DNA from: Bacteroidaceae bacterium
GTDB taxonomy: Bacteria; Bacteroidota; Bacteroidia; Bacteroidales; Bacteroidaceae
Reading direction: 5' to 3'
Assembly (NCBI GenBank): GCA_017472635.1
Contig: JAFUPU010000027.1
Span: forward strand, 567-64,566
DNA: 64,000 nt
Below, one piece after another: positions 27,305 to 38,550 of the stretch (position 1 is the first letter of the stretch; each line of letters starts with the position of its first letter). The notes beneath the pieces were generated by a model, which made no database searches, had not been told where the DNA came from, and saw only the letters and a program-made list of their open reading frames with translations. The position numbers were made by a program, and so were the translations under genes.

Positions 27305-29224
27305 TTATTGGGTTACGGCAGCAGCCGGATCATGCAATGTACAACCTTCTTTGAAAGGATATCCATTAATGTCACATTGGTCGGGGAAGATTTGGCAAGA
27401 AGGAGTTCCCTTGTAAACCAAACTTCCATCCATAGCAACACGCGGCCAAGTCTGATCATCGTCAACCGGGATGAACTGAATCATATCCCACCAGTTACCA
27501 TCACCCTTAGAACCTACTGTTGCATCCATAATCAACTTATGTGAACCGGTAGTGTGCACCTGGATTGAACCGATATTCTTAGAGCAGTGTACACTGTTAA
27601 AGGCTTTGGCATTGTAACGTTTCCAACCATTGGCTACAGCCTTGTCTTCATCACCGTCATATTCCGACATATACTCTTGCAAGTCTACGTTTGAAGGCAT
27701 GATTTGATCTTCGTACCCCTCTTGACGGAAAGTAGTGTTGAACTTACCGGGATTACCACGACGCCAGCAAAGCCAAATGTTGTAGTTTCCGGCAACCAAC
27801 ACCGGTGTTGTAATAACCAACTGCTGGATTACATTGATACAAACACGAATCGTGAGGTTGTCGTTGTATACATACTGGCTCTTCACGTCGTATGCACCAT
27901 TCACCTCAGGAAGACCCCCACAATAGTATGTGATACCGGGGTTATTCTTTCCTGTCCAAGTCATCATTGACAAGTCGTTAGGTCCATACCACTGGCTGCA
28001 ACCAGCCTTACGGTAGTTAGCCAAGGCACGCATTTCGGGTTGGTCACCCAAGTCCCAATAAACACGGTCGGGCTTACGTTGGATAATCTCAATAAAGTGT
28101 GCAGTTGTTGAACCTTCGGGAGCACCGGCAACTGTTTGAATCACACCGTCGCAGCAAGCATAGTCTACATAGTCACCCTCGCGGTCCATCAACACACCTG
28201 ACTCATCGAAGTTGTCGAAACGGTTGAGATAAATAGTTCCATTCACGTTGGTCACGGTAATTACCTGTGCCTTTACATTGGTTGTCAAAGAAGAAGACTC
28301 CATTGCATCCTTCAAGTAGACACGACCCGGCAAAAGTTGGTAAGCCAACCAGTTTTTCAACAACTGAGAGTTGGTATATGCACCTTGCAAGTCATTCTTC
28401 ACCAAGTTAACCAGCAATGTGTCTACCATTTCATCGTCACTCATATCAGCAGTCAAACCTGCCAACTCAAGCGTCTTGTTGTTTTGAGCCAAGAATGAGA
28501 GATAGGTAGTGTCATTGAGAGACTCGAAGAAATAAGAGAGTTTCAGTGAATCTGCCACTTGAGTTCCGGCTTCATCTTGCACCGGATATTTGGCAATACC
28601 TCTGAGCAATCCCTTCAAGATAGAGAATTCGGCATCAGGCAAATTTTCTACTGCCTCAGCAACAGTCTGTTGCGGACGTGACAAGAATCCGTCAATCACA
28701 TGAACGAAACCATTGTTTGCACGGTTGTCTCCATCCACAATAGTTGCATTGCGGTTTACGGTTACAACCAAGTTATCGTTCTCGTCGACTTTTGTCTGAG
28801 TCTGCAAGTATTGCTTTACCATGTTCACCGCATCCAAACGAGTTTCGTTGAAATCGGCAACCGCCAATGTGTCAGCCACGATGTGGTAACGCACCATGTG
28901 GTCAGCCTCTTCACGAGTCAAGTCAGCAATGCCTTTACCTTCATACTGCTCAGCCAGGTATTCCTGTACAGCCGCATTGTTGGGGGCAAAACAGGTATAT
29001 GTACCATAAGCCTGCAACATACCGCCCAAATCGGCCTGGTCAACCAATGCCTTAAATTCACTCAAATCTGCATTTGCAGTTATCTCTTCATAGATAGATG
29101 GCTTGGATTCATTGGGGTATACACCTTCCATCGTATCCCAACAGCTACCCATGAACAGGGATACAGCCACACTTAAAAGAGCCATACCCTTCATCTTTAA
29201 GCTATTAATATTCATTTTTTTCAT
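27305..29224 (-). CDS. Fasciclin domain lipoprotein (DUF5108-like, candidate surface glycan-binding protein)
   Basis: Lipobox MGSC; YTCFAPNNAAV, VRYHIV, ANNGFVHVIDGFL; C-terminal carbohydrate-binding-like beta domain. Confidence 0.8.
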   Translation of the reverse strand: MKKMNINSLKMKGMALLSVAVSLFMGSCWDTMEGVYPNESKPSIYEEITANADLSEFKALVDQADLGGMLQAYGTYTCFAPNNAAVQEYLAEQYEGKGIADLTREEADHMVRYHIVADTLAVADFNETRLDAVNMVKQYLQTQTKVDENDNLVVTVNRNATIVDGDNRANNGFVHVIDGFLSRPQQTVAEAVENLPDAEFSILKGLLRGIAKYPVQDEAGTQVADSLKLSYFFESLNDTTYLSFLAQNNKTLELAGLTADMSDDEMVDTLLVNLVKNDLQGAYTNSQLLKNWLAYQLLPGRVYLKDAMESSSLTTNVKAQVITVTNVNGTIYLNRFDNFDESGVLMDREGDYVDYACCDGVIQTVAGAPEGSTTAHFIEIIQRKPDRVYWDLGDQPEMRALANYRKAGCSQWYGPNDLSMMTWTGKNNPGITYYCGGLPEVNGAYDVKSQYVYNDNLTIRVCINVIQQLVITTPVLVAGNYNIWLCWRRGNPGKFNTTFRQEGYEDQIMPSNVDLQEYMSEYDGDEDKAVANGWKRYNAKAFNSVHCSKNIGSIQVHTTGSHKLIMDATVGSKGDGNWWDMIQFIPVDDDQTWPRVAMDGSLVYKGTPSCQIFPDQCDINGYPFKEGCTLHDPAAAVTQ

Positions 29225-29251
29225 CTTAGTACAGTGTTAATGTGTTTGCAA

Positions 29252-30877
29252 TCAATATTCACCACTACCTGCATAGAACGGATTTTGTTCCAACAGAGAG
29301 TTGTTCTCGATATCAGCTTGCGGACAAGGGAAGTACCAGCTATAGGGGCTCTTCTTATATTTTGTCTGCATGCTGTAAGACTTATCTGCAATCACGCTAT
29401 AAGGAACGGTGTTCAACAGATAGCCGATGTTGGTGGTATAATCTTTACGCTTGGCATTACGCACTACGTCATACCAACGCTTGCCTTCATAGAGGAATTC
29501 ACGTGCCTCTTCCAACAAGATGAACTCTTCAAGAGATTTACCATTAATCAAACCATTGTTTGTCTCCAAGTCGGTAGTTTCAGTTGCACCGGCACGTGTA
29601 CGCAATGCCTGACAAAGTGCATAAGCCTCTTGATAACAGGTCTGCTCCTCAGGAGTAGTTTTGGCATCTTCTCCGGCAGCAATACCCATCTGTGCCAATG
29701 CTTCAGCCTTCATCAGATAAACTTGTGCCAGACGATAGATGATGAAATTATTGTCCATATCCTCAGTAGAACGAACGGTACCATCATCATAGCTCATACC
29801 TGCCCATTTCCAAACTGACCCGAAACGTGAAGCTACGTTCTCACGCATATCGACAACGGTACGTTCCAATCCCTCACGCAACGTGGGGGTAAAGAAGTCA
29901 ACCAAGTGCTCGGTATTGGGTTTCGCCCAGCAGTTCGCACTACAGAATACGCTAAAGAAGGGGTTGGTGTTCTCGCGGTCATATTGGATCTCGAAGATAC
30001 TCTCCACGCAATTGCCTTCTACATACATGTTATAATAGTACTCTGAAACACCTGCCGGCTCAGCATAATATACTGTATCACCTTCCAACGTTTCAACAAA
30101 ACCTTGTGCAATAGGCAACAATGCATATTGTCCGCTCTTCAACACCTGGTCACACACTTGGTTACACAACTCGTATTGTTCTTGCCACAAATAGATGTCG
30201 GCAAGCAATGTCTGAGCCGCATAGCGAGTGATATAGCCCTTGTTTTGAGCCACATCAGTGTAAGAATAGTTGGCAGGAATCCAACCATCGTTGATGACCT
30301 GATTCAAGTCGGTCACCAATTGGTCAAGGATTTCTGTGTCAGTGCTCTTTGCCAACATCAGGTATTGCGAGTTGTCGGCATAAGCATTCAACGTCATGGG
30401 CACATCACGGAACGAACGCACCAGATAGAAATAGAGCAAGCTACGGATAGCGATTGCCTGTCCCTGATACTCGTGCAATTCTGCTTCAGTGAATGAGTTA
30501 TCGTTTTCATAAGCCATGGGGGCATAGTCAATCAACATATTACAGTTGTTGATACAAGTGTAAAGAGTTCCCCATGCAAACAAACTGTTAGTTGCAGCAT
30601 ATTCACCACGACGCATGTCATCCCAGTTAACAAGAATTGTGGTACCTGGAATCAGCATATCAGCGCGAAATTCTCCCCAAATAAGGAGTTGTTGCGTACA
30701 ACTACGCAATGACTGGTAGATACCTGTCATGGCAGAAGCCACATCCTCTTTTGACTTCCAATAGTCTTTTCTTGAGATGGTATTCTCAGGGTAGAGTTCT
30801 AACCAGTCAGAGCATGATGAGAATCCCACCAACTGAACTACCATGAGCAAACCTACTATAATTTTATTTCTTTTCAT
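29252..30877 (-). CDS. susD: SusD/RagB family lipoprotein
   Basis: Lipobox FSSC; WGEFRAD, YFYLVRSFRDVP, IYRLAQVYLMKAEAL, EEAREFLYEGKRWYDVVR, LEQNPFY. Confidence 0.93.
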   Translation of the reverse strand: MKRNKIIVGLLMVVQLVGFSSCSDWLELYPENTISRKDYWKSKEDVASAMTGIYQSLRSCTQQLLIWGEFRADMLIPGTTILVNWDDMRRGEYAATNSLFAWGTLYTCINNCNMLIDYAPMAYENDNSFTEAELHEYQGQAIAIRSLLYFYLVRSFRDVPMTLNAYADNSQYLMLAKSTDTEILDQLVTDLNQVINDGWIPANYSYTDVAQNKGYITRYAAQTLLADIYLWQEQYELCNQVCDQVLKSGQYALLPIAQGFVETLEGDTVYYAEPAGVSEYYYNMYVEGNCVESIFEIQYDRENTNPFFSVFCSANCWAKPNTEHLVDFFTPTLREGLERTVVDMRENVASRFGSVWKWAGMSYDDGTVRSTEDMDNNFIIYRLAQVYLMKAEALAQMGIAAGEDAKTTPEEQTCYQEAYALCQALRTRAGATETTDLETNNGLINGKSLEEFILLEEAREFLYEGKRWYDVVRNAKRKDYTTNIGYLLNTVPYSVIADKSYSMQTKYKKSPYSWYFPCPQADIENNSLLEQNPFYAGSGEY

Positions 30878-30894
30878 ATCTTCTTACGCATTAA

Positions 30895-33800
30895 TTAGAA
30901 GGTTAAGTTAACACCCAACCAGTACTCCTTTGAACGGGGGCTGGCTGCATTATCGTAACCTGAATTCAACGGATTGCTCACACTGACTTCAGGGTCCATA
31001 CCGGTGTAGTTGGTCCAGCAGAAGAGATTCTGCATGGTCACATATACAGAGGCATCAGAGATAAAGAAGTTAGTCAACTTCTCACGAGGAACAGTATACT
31101 TCAACGTCAACTGTTTGAAACGTATGAATGAACCATCTTCTACGAAGCGGTCAGATGCCAAATAGTTGTAGTCTTGTCCGTAGATAGCACGAGGCAGCAA
31201 GTTGCTCGGAGCCTGTGATGCATCTTCATAAGGATGTCTCCAACGACGGAGTACTGCCTTACTCTGGTTGTCGAAGCCTGACATCTTCTCCATGTTCAAC
31301 TTAGCCATGTTCACTACGTCGTTTCCATAACGGAAGTTGAAGAAGGTAGACAACGTCCAAGCCTTGTACTTCACATTCACACCGAAACCTCCGGTCAACA
31401 CCGGCATGAAGTTACCCAAGTAAACGATATCTTGTGCATCGATGTTACCATCGTGGTTGATATCCTTGTAGCGGGCATCACCCGGTTGGAATTCATAACC
31501 ATCGGCAGGATAGTTGAAACGCATCTTCACATCTTGCGGGTTACCGGCAGCTGTATAAGTTACAATCTTCTTGCCGTTAGCATCGCGAGCGATGGTTTCA
31601 TCTTCATTCAAATATACTCCGTCATACATGAATCCGTAGAATGAGCCGAGAGGCTGCCCCTCTTTAATCATAGTAATGTAGCTACCACCGGTTGCCCAGT
31701 CACCACTCTCTTGTGCATAGTATTCAGAGATATCTTCCATGCGGTTGTCATTACGGGCAAAGTTGAAGCTTGCACTGATGGTCCAATCCTTATTCTTGAA
31801 AGGAACTACGTAACCTTGTACCTCCCAACCCTTGTTCTCCATGGTTGCAGCATTGTAACCCATGCTTGAATAACCGGTATGAGTGGGAATAGACAATTTG
31901 TTCAAGAACAAGTCTTTGGTATTCTTTGGTAATAGTCAAATTCCAACGTTGCACGTCCCTGGAAAGCAGAGAAGTTCAAACCGATGTTGTATTGTTGGGT
32001 ATCCTCCCAACGCAAGTCAACAAATTCCAATCCACCTTGAGCGGTACCTTGTTTTCCCAAATAGGTTCCACCATAGATGTTATAGGTAGCCACAGAAGGA
32101 TAGTTTCCTTGACCTACTTCGTTACCGTTCACACCCCAGCTGAAACGGAGTGACAACTCGTCCAACCACTTCTCAGAAGCCTTCTGCAAGAAAGGCTCAC
32201 CAGAGATACGCCAACGGGCAGAAGCCGAAGGATAGGTACCCCAACGGTAATCAGAACCGAACTTAGAGCTACCATCGTGGCGGACAGTAAAGTTAACGAT
32301 GTAACGGTCGAGGAAGTTATATTGTGCCTGACCATATACACTGAATGCGCGGTATTCACTTGAACTTGAAGAGAGTGAACCTGCACCATTGGTCAAACGT
32401 CCACCGTTGGTGGGGTCAGTCAACAATGAGCTGGCGGTGTTGGTTACCAATGCACCATATCCCTTGTCAATCTTATCTTGGGTAGATGTACCAATCAAGA
32501 ATTGCAATGAGTGGTCGTCACCCAACTTAGGCATGAACAACAACTTGTTGTAGATGTTCATGTTGAAAGCCTCCGCATCTGAGTCGGCAGCATTATTCAC
32601 GGTACTTTCTGTCCAAGGACGACCGGTAGCAGTCTGCGGCAAGAATGCGTTCTTCTTAGAGTTGTTGATATCGAAACCTACATCCAAGGTATAGCGCAAC
32701 CATTCAGCCGGACGCCAGATAACACTCAAGTTAGGCACGATACGGTGTGTCTCATTCTTGTAGAATCCGTCGTTAGCCATAGCAACAGGGTTGTAAGGGT
32801 TATTATGACTACCGTTCCAACGTCCTTGCAATGTCTCTTCGGGAGTAAAGTAGTTATTGGTCTTCACACCGGCTTCGTTATACTCATAAACGCTCAAGTT
32901 CGGAGCACGTACGTAAGCTTGTGAAAGCACGTCTACATTGTTTTTCAGATAAGTCACATAGTTACGGTCAGTTTCGCTATACGTATAAGCCAAGCTGGCA
33001 GAAACCTTGAACTTTTCAGAGATATTATAGTCAACAGTCAAACGGGTGTTCACACGGCTGAAGCTCTGTCCCATGGTGATACCGTCTTGGTCGTAGTAAC
33101 CTACCGAAGCACGGTATTGAGCCTTTGAGTCACCTCCACTGATAGAGATGTTGTGGTCTTGTGCAAAACCGGTGCGAGTCAACTCTTCAAACCAGTTGGT
33201 ATTCTGACCGTAGTTATAATAATAATAAGGATTATTGGCATCGTTTGCCAATTCGGGATAAGAGTTCGGGTCGAAAGGGACACCGGCATTCATCATCTCT
33301 TCTTGAATCAGCGTAATGTACTCCGCACCTGAGAGTGTGGGAATACCCTTACGCAACTCAGACAACTGTCCCTTGAAGGTATACTGGATACGAGGTTTGC
33401 TCACACCACCACGTTTGGTAGTAATCTGCAATACACCGTTAGCAGCCTTAGAACCCCAGATAGCGGTGGCAGCCGCATCCTTCAATACGGTGATTTCTTT
33501 GATATCACTCGGAGCGATGTTCAACATCTGTGAGTAGTCTTCTTCGTTGGCAGTACCAAAGTCGAAGTCGTCAGAGATGGTTGCTTCATAGGGGAATCCG
33601 TCCACTACGATCAACGGTTGAGAAGAACCATTGATAGAGGTAGTACCACGGATACGGATAGCAGTACCTGCACCCGGAGCACCTGAAGCAGAAACCATAT
33701 CCACACCGGCAATACGTCCTTGGAGCGCATCACCCACATCAGCGGTACCCATATCCTGCAACTCAGACATATCGATACGTTTAGATGCTGAAGTCAAGTC

Positions 33801-34196
33801 ACGCTCGGCAATGTTCATCATACCGTTGCTAACCATACGCTTGGCAACAACCGTTGCACCAGCCAACTCAACCACATCTTCGCGCAAGGCTACATTCATT
33901 TGAGTCTTGGCACCAATTTCCAACGTTTGCTTTTTGTATCCTGAGTAAGAAACGATCAATACGTTTCCTTTCTTTCCGTCAGACATCAAAGCATAGTTAC
34001 CGTCCATATCGGTCACCGTAGCACCTACTACACGACCGTCCTTATTTTGGACCTGCACATAAGCTCCGGGAAGTCCGAAGCCATCCTCAGCCGCAGTGAC
34101 AACACCACGAACCATTATCTTGTCTTGCGCCATTATCACGCTCGGCAAGCAGCTCAGCAAAAGGAGCATCAAACATTTACTAAATACTCTTTTCAT
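30895..34196 (-). CDS. susC: SusC/RagA TonB-dependent transporter, split by a 1-nt frameshift at ~31925-31927
   Basis: The N-part has the plug motif LKDAAATAIWGSKAANGV; the C-part has ASDRFVEDGSFIR and terminal GVNLTF. Adding one A (TAC CAA AAG AAT ACC AAA GAC TTG) gives one 1100-aa frame. Confidence 0.9.
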
Positions 34197-34213
34197 CGTA
34201 TTCTATTTAAGTA

Positions 34214-36859
34214 TTATACATTATCACTCTCTTCGCCCTCTACAACTTCCTCTTCCACTTCGGGTTTGTTTACATGGAAATAAAGGAAGCCATCCAACTG
34301 GTGGATAACAGAGAGACGGGCAGCCATTACGTTACTCTTCTCGATGTCACGAATAACAGCATTGGTTCCCTTTTCAGAAACATATCCGATAACCACACTT
34401 GTGTTAGACTCACCGGCTTGCACATTACGGGCAAGGAACCGAAGCTTATTCTGTTGACCGTCTACAGGGTCGTCAAACTTGTCAATGCTTACCGAAGTCT
34501 TTGCAGACATCAAGCCCAAAGAGGGTTCTGTCAGACGAATAGCTGTTGAATTGAAGTACTGGCTATAATTCTTGTCAGCCAGGTAGATGCGGTCTTCACC
34601 ATCATCGGCATAGATGGCACCCTGCAAGAAGTGACCGAGCAGGAAGTTTGCAGCAGCTGCCATTGAGTCGGGAGATGCTGTAGCGTCGGCAAAACCATCG
34701 ACAGTGCGGGGCAAGTAACCCTTATCGATAGCCTCTTGCATATACTCGTCAGTAGGAATCAGGATGGTGTGCATATCAGCCGTACCAACATATCCTACGA
34801 GAGCAGCATTGTTGTTATCATAAAGAACATCGAAATACTTCTTGAAAAGTGAGCACTCGGGATGAGCAGCCAAATAGGTCTTCACGTCAGCAAGTACATT
34901 GGCAGACTGGTCCCAACCGGCAGTCACGTCACCTTGTGTTTCACGCGGTGTGTATTGGAGCAGACGGTCCATGGTGTATACCTTACCATTGACATAAGAC
35001 TCGGGATCTTCAGTCAACGTAACCACGGTACCATCTTGGATATTACCGATAGCCTGTAACTGGATAGCACCTTGATCATCACGATAGCGCACCATCTCAC
35101 CTGCATAGTTTACGGCAAATCCCCAACCATCGTAAGCACCTGCCAACGCAGCGGGCTGCTTGAAGTCGAGTGCACGAGGAGTAGAGTAGTCATCAGCACC
35201 CAACTCGCGAATAAACATACCACTGTTAATCAATCGGTTGATACGTCCGGGGGCATTGGTTGAACCTAACTGAGTCCAACCCTCATTCCAAGCGAACGTA
35301 GAGTTGAGGTTGTCATAACGAATCTGGTCATTTTGGAACAATGCATCTGAAGCCAGACATACGGTATATTGATAACCTTCGGGATTTTCTCCGGTTGAGA
35401 AAGGAGTGTGGGTAACCAAGCTGGTATAGAGAGCGGCCGTACCCAACTGAGTCAACGTATATGAATAAGCAGGATCGAGCAATACGCGTCCGTATACAGA
35501 CTTGAAGAGGGCTGATTCAATCACCTCGTCGATGTGATATACGATACCGTTTGCTGCCAACTCTACCTTATTATAATTAAAGTCACCACCATTTACACCC
35601 TTTCCGTTGATAAATTCTCCATCAGTGGTAGCTGCCGTGTTCTTGGCACCCTTAAACTGGCTGGGCCATACGAAGTCGCGTGCCACATGAGAACGGAGCA
35701 CATTTTCAAGTACAGTGGTTGACAAGCTGTTAAAGCTCTTGTCTGCTGTATATTTCAGCAATTCGTCTTCATACTTTGCCCATGCCTCTTCGCTCGGCAA
35801 GAAGAGAGTGTAAGCGCTTGTCTCGGACTGACGTGCATCCTGGTTACTGATATACATATTGCTATTGGGAGCGATACCCAAAGCAGCCACGTCATACTGA
35901 CGGCTATAAACTTGTCCCAACTCAGCCTCCAACTCAGGATACATCTTTGCATAATAGATAGCGGCATCCTTCATTTCAGTGAAAGAGAGGAACTGGTAGC
36001 TTCCGTCAGCAAAGCGGTTGTAGATATACTCTTTCAGTTTTGCCCAACCTTGGGTAGCACGTGTTCCGTCTTGAGCATAATTAACCATCATCTGGTCAAT
36101 GGTGTAAGGAGGTTCAACCACCTTATCCAACTCGTGAACCACACCGTTAGATGCATAGATATCAGCCGAAAGAATCTTTGCGTCCAACACATTACCATAA
36201 GCTCCAAACTCTACCTTGTGAGTAGAAGCATAGTCCTGCGAAGTCAATGAGTTCTTAGCGAAGTACTCGGGAGTATAGATAGGCAGATAGGCATGATCCT
36301 GAGTTGAAGCAGCAAACGTAGCATAATAGCTGTCATACACATAAGCCGAATCACCTGTGCCTAATGGATCATCTTTATAAATACCTTTGTAATAGGGAGT
36401 TTGTTTACGCATTGACAAACCATCTTCCCACAAGGCACCTGCCCAAATGTCACCTAAGTGACTACCCTCATACTGGTTGTAAACCATGGTATAAGAGACG
36501 ATGTCTGATGCCACCTTTTCAGGCACATCATCAACAGAAGCATAGCCCTTCTCTTTGAGCCACACATTGAAAGCACTGTCGTTCGGTGCAAAGAAGGTGT
36601 AGCTACCAGAGCCCTTCACCTGAGCACTAAACTTCGTTTTGTCTACCAGCTTCAAGTAATTGCTAAAGTTACCTTTAGACTGAAGCACTGCATACGCATC
36701 GTCCTCCAACCAATCCGGAGTCTCGTAATAGTCATCAAACTCGTTACTACATGCCCCTGCAAGGAACATTGACGAGAGTAGGAATGCACCATTAACGAGG
36801 CTCTTTGCCGAGGCAAAAGAGGTCCTGCGATTTTTCAAATGATTCTTTTCTACTTTCAT
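34214..36859 (-). CDS. Multi-fasciclin-domain lipoprotein, first gene of the PUL
   Basis: Lipobox LAGAC; YTFFAPNDSAF, ASNGVVHELDKV, YTLFLPSEEA, AANGIVYHIDEV. Start at 36859 preferred because the ATG at 36916 lies only ~10 nt from the -7 element. Confidence 0.82.
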   Translation of the reverse strand: MKVEKNHLKNRRTSFASAKSLVNGAFLLSSMFLAGACSNEFDDYYETPDWLEDDAYAVLQSKGNFSNYLKLVDKTKFSAQVKGSGSYTFFAPNDSAFNVWLKEKGYASVDDVPEKVASDIVSYTMVYNQYEGSHLGDIWAGALWEDGLSMRKQTPYYKGIYKDDPLGTGDSAYVYDSYYATFAASTQDHAYLPIYTPEYFAKNSLTSQDYASTHKVEFGAYGNVLDAKILSADIYASNGVVHELDKVVEPPYTIDQMMVNYAQDGTRATQGWAKLKEYIYNRFADGSYQFLSFTEMKDAAIYYAKMYPELEAELGQVYSRQYDVAALGIAPNSNMYISNQDARQSETSAYTLFLPSEEAWAKYEDELLKYTADKSFNSLSTTVLENVLRSHVARDFVWPSQFKGAKNTAATTDGEFINGKGVNGGDFNYNKVELAANGIVYHIDEVIESALFKSVYGRVLLDPAYSYTLTQLGTAALYTSLVTHTPFSTGENPEGYQYTVCLASDALFQNDQIRYDNLNSTFAWNEGWTQLGSTNAPGRINRLINSGMFIRELGADDYSTPRALDFKQPAALAGAYDGWGFAVNYAGEMVRYRDDQGAIQLQAIGNIQDGTVVTLTEDPESYVNGKVYTMDRLLQYTPRETQGDVTAGWDQSANVLADVKTYLAAHPECSLFKKYFDVLYDNNNAALVGYVGTADMHTILIPTDEYMQEAIDKGYLPRTVDGFADATASPDSMAAAANFLLGHFLQGAIYADDGEDRIYLADKNYSQYFNSTAIRLTEPSLGLMSAKTSVSIDKFDDPVDGQQNKLRFLARNVQAGESNTSVVIGYVSEKGTNAVIRDIEKSNVMAARLSVIHQLDGFLYFHVNKPEVEEEVVEGEESDNV

Positions 36860-36926
36860 AGTATCTAAAGCTTTAAAAATTTTAGTTTCATTTGGTAAAT
36901 TATTGTTCTCGTTCATTAAATACGCG

Positions 36927-36934
36927 CAAAAATA
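36927..36934 (-). promoter_or_regulatory. -7 promoter element of the PUL
   Basis: TATTTTTG on the minus strand. Confidence 0.55.
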
Positions 36935-37436
36935 CTAATTATATCTTAATAACCGCATTTTTTCTCAAAAAAAATTGAGTAAAACACAAAAAAACTCACA
37001 TCAGAGGGAAAACAAGCCTGAATTTAACATTTTAAGAACAATATCTACCCTACCCGAAACGGCTTCAACCATACCCCAAGTTCCCTCTGCCCGATACCCC
37101 GCCAAAACCATTTTCAAACGAGCCCCAAAAAAGAGTGCCCAATATATTGAAACCCCTATAAAAAAGAGGACTTAACATAAAAAGTACACTAAGATTTCAC
37201 CCCTGCAAAAAGGATAAGAAGCCGCCCTCATCCGCCCTCGACACACAAAAACAAAAGCAGGCGCAAAACCCACAGAAACCTATCGTGTATGTAATACAAT
37301 AAGCTCCCTCTAAAAAACACGCCAAACTGCCACCTGCCACCACAAATCGAGAAAGAGAAAGAGAACAAAACAGGCAAAGCGACCTGTTAAAAACAATAAA
37401 AAAGCCGTCATATATGGCAGGACAAAACTCCACCGA

Positions 37437-37537
37437 TTGCAGGACTCAGTGCCGCGAGTTGCAGGACTCAGCACGATATGTCCAGGACTCAACGCGACAC
37501 ATCCAGGACTCAACACGACACATTCAGGAGCCAGCCA
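37437..37537. repeat. Tandem 21-22-bp repeat with a CAGGACTCA core, about 5 units
   Basis: Cores at 37440, 37462, 37483, 37504 and 37525 (the last is degenerate, CAGGAGCCA). Confidence 0.8.
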
Positions 37538-38251
37538 CAAAGAACAAACTTTCAGAAAAGACAGAAAAGAGCAAACCAAGAACCATCCGATTGAACAAAC
37601 ACATTCAAGGCAAAACGCAAGGATTGAATATAAAAAAATATGCTTACACTCGCCCCTTACCACAACAATCTCACACGAAAAGAAGCCAACTTCATCCACC
37701 ACCGCACCCATCACCTCATTTCACCCTCCACCAATCTATAGGATGCATACTTCATTCCGTTCGTTTCATTTCACCTATATCGAGTTAATAAACACACACT
37801 TACAGGTGAAAGGAGTATCTTTCAACATCCCTTCATCCTTTTCACCGTTTCACCCGAACGAATAAAACACCGCCCGTCTCGAAGGCTTCAGGCAAATGAA
37901 ACGAATGAAAGAAGGAACGACGCTGTTCCTTTCACCCACAACAAATTGATTCACAACATACAACAGGTGAAAGGAAGAAGAGAGACATCCAAAAGAGGAG
38001 GAGAGAAAGAGAAAAGTAACGAAGATTTACACACAAAAACGAGCATACACGTTTTCATCCGCCTATTCACACCGACAGACAGACCTTACCATTCACCGAA
38101 AGAGCCACGCGAGAAAACAAGGGAAAAAGAGAGAGGCAGCAGGTAGATTACCCAAGAATTTTTTCTCCCCCGTCAGAGAAAAATTTTTCTCAGGTGAGAG
38201 AAAAAAACAAGAGCAAGGAACAAGAAGAACAATGCCTATTGAAAGAAAAAC

Positions 38252-38286
38252 AAAAAGAGGAATGCCAATTGACACACCTCTTTTTT
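38252..38286. terminator. Hairpin terminator downstream of tRNA-Met
   Basis: AAAAAGAGG...CCTCTTTTT. Confidence 0.55.
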
Positions 38287-38288
38287 CG

Positions 38289-38362
38289 TAGCGGGACCCG
38301 GGATTGAACCGGGGACCTCATGATTATGAATCATGCGCTCTAACCAGCTGAGCTATCCCGCC
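38289..38362 (-). tRNA. tRNA with CAT anticodon, elongator Met-like
   Basis: GGCGGGATAGCTCAGCTGGTTAGAGCG-CATGA TT CAT AA TCATG-AGGTCCCCGGTTCAATCCCGGGTCCCGCTA folds as a cloverleaf; CCA not encoded; -7 element TACCTTTG at 38381-38388. Confidence 0.95.
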
Positions 38363-38550
38363 ATTTCTGATTTGCGGGTGCAAAGGTAGAACTATTTTCC
38401 GACACGACCAAACTTTTTAGCCATTTTTTAGCACAAATCTTGTTACTTTTTGTATAATAGCACAAAGAATGGCTAAAAAAGTGAGGATTTATAGAGTAGA
38501 ATTAGAAAAAAGCGTTTAATTTGCAACCGCAAACGAAAACACACCTATTT

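Noticed and set aside
37437-37537. CAGGACTCA array as a CRISPR array or a repeat-protein gene
   Set aside because: Units are too short for repeat plus spacer. The mixed 22/21-bp spacing breaks frame periodicity, and the overlapping ORFs lack recognisable features.
38289-38362. tRNA-Met as the integration site of a PUL-bearing island
   Set aside because: No integrase and no duplicated tRNA 3' end were noticed in the window.
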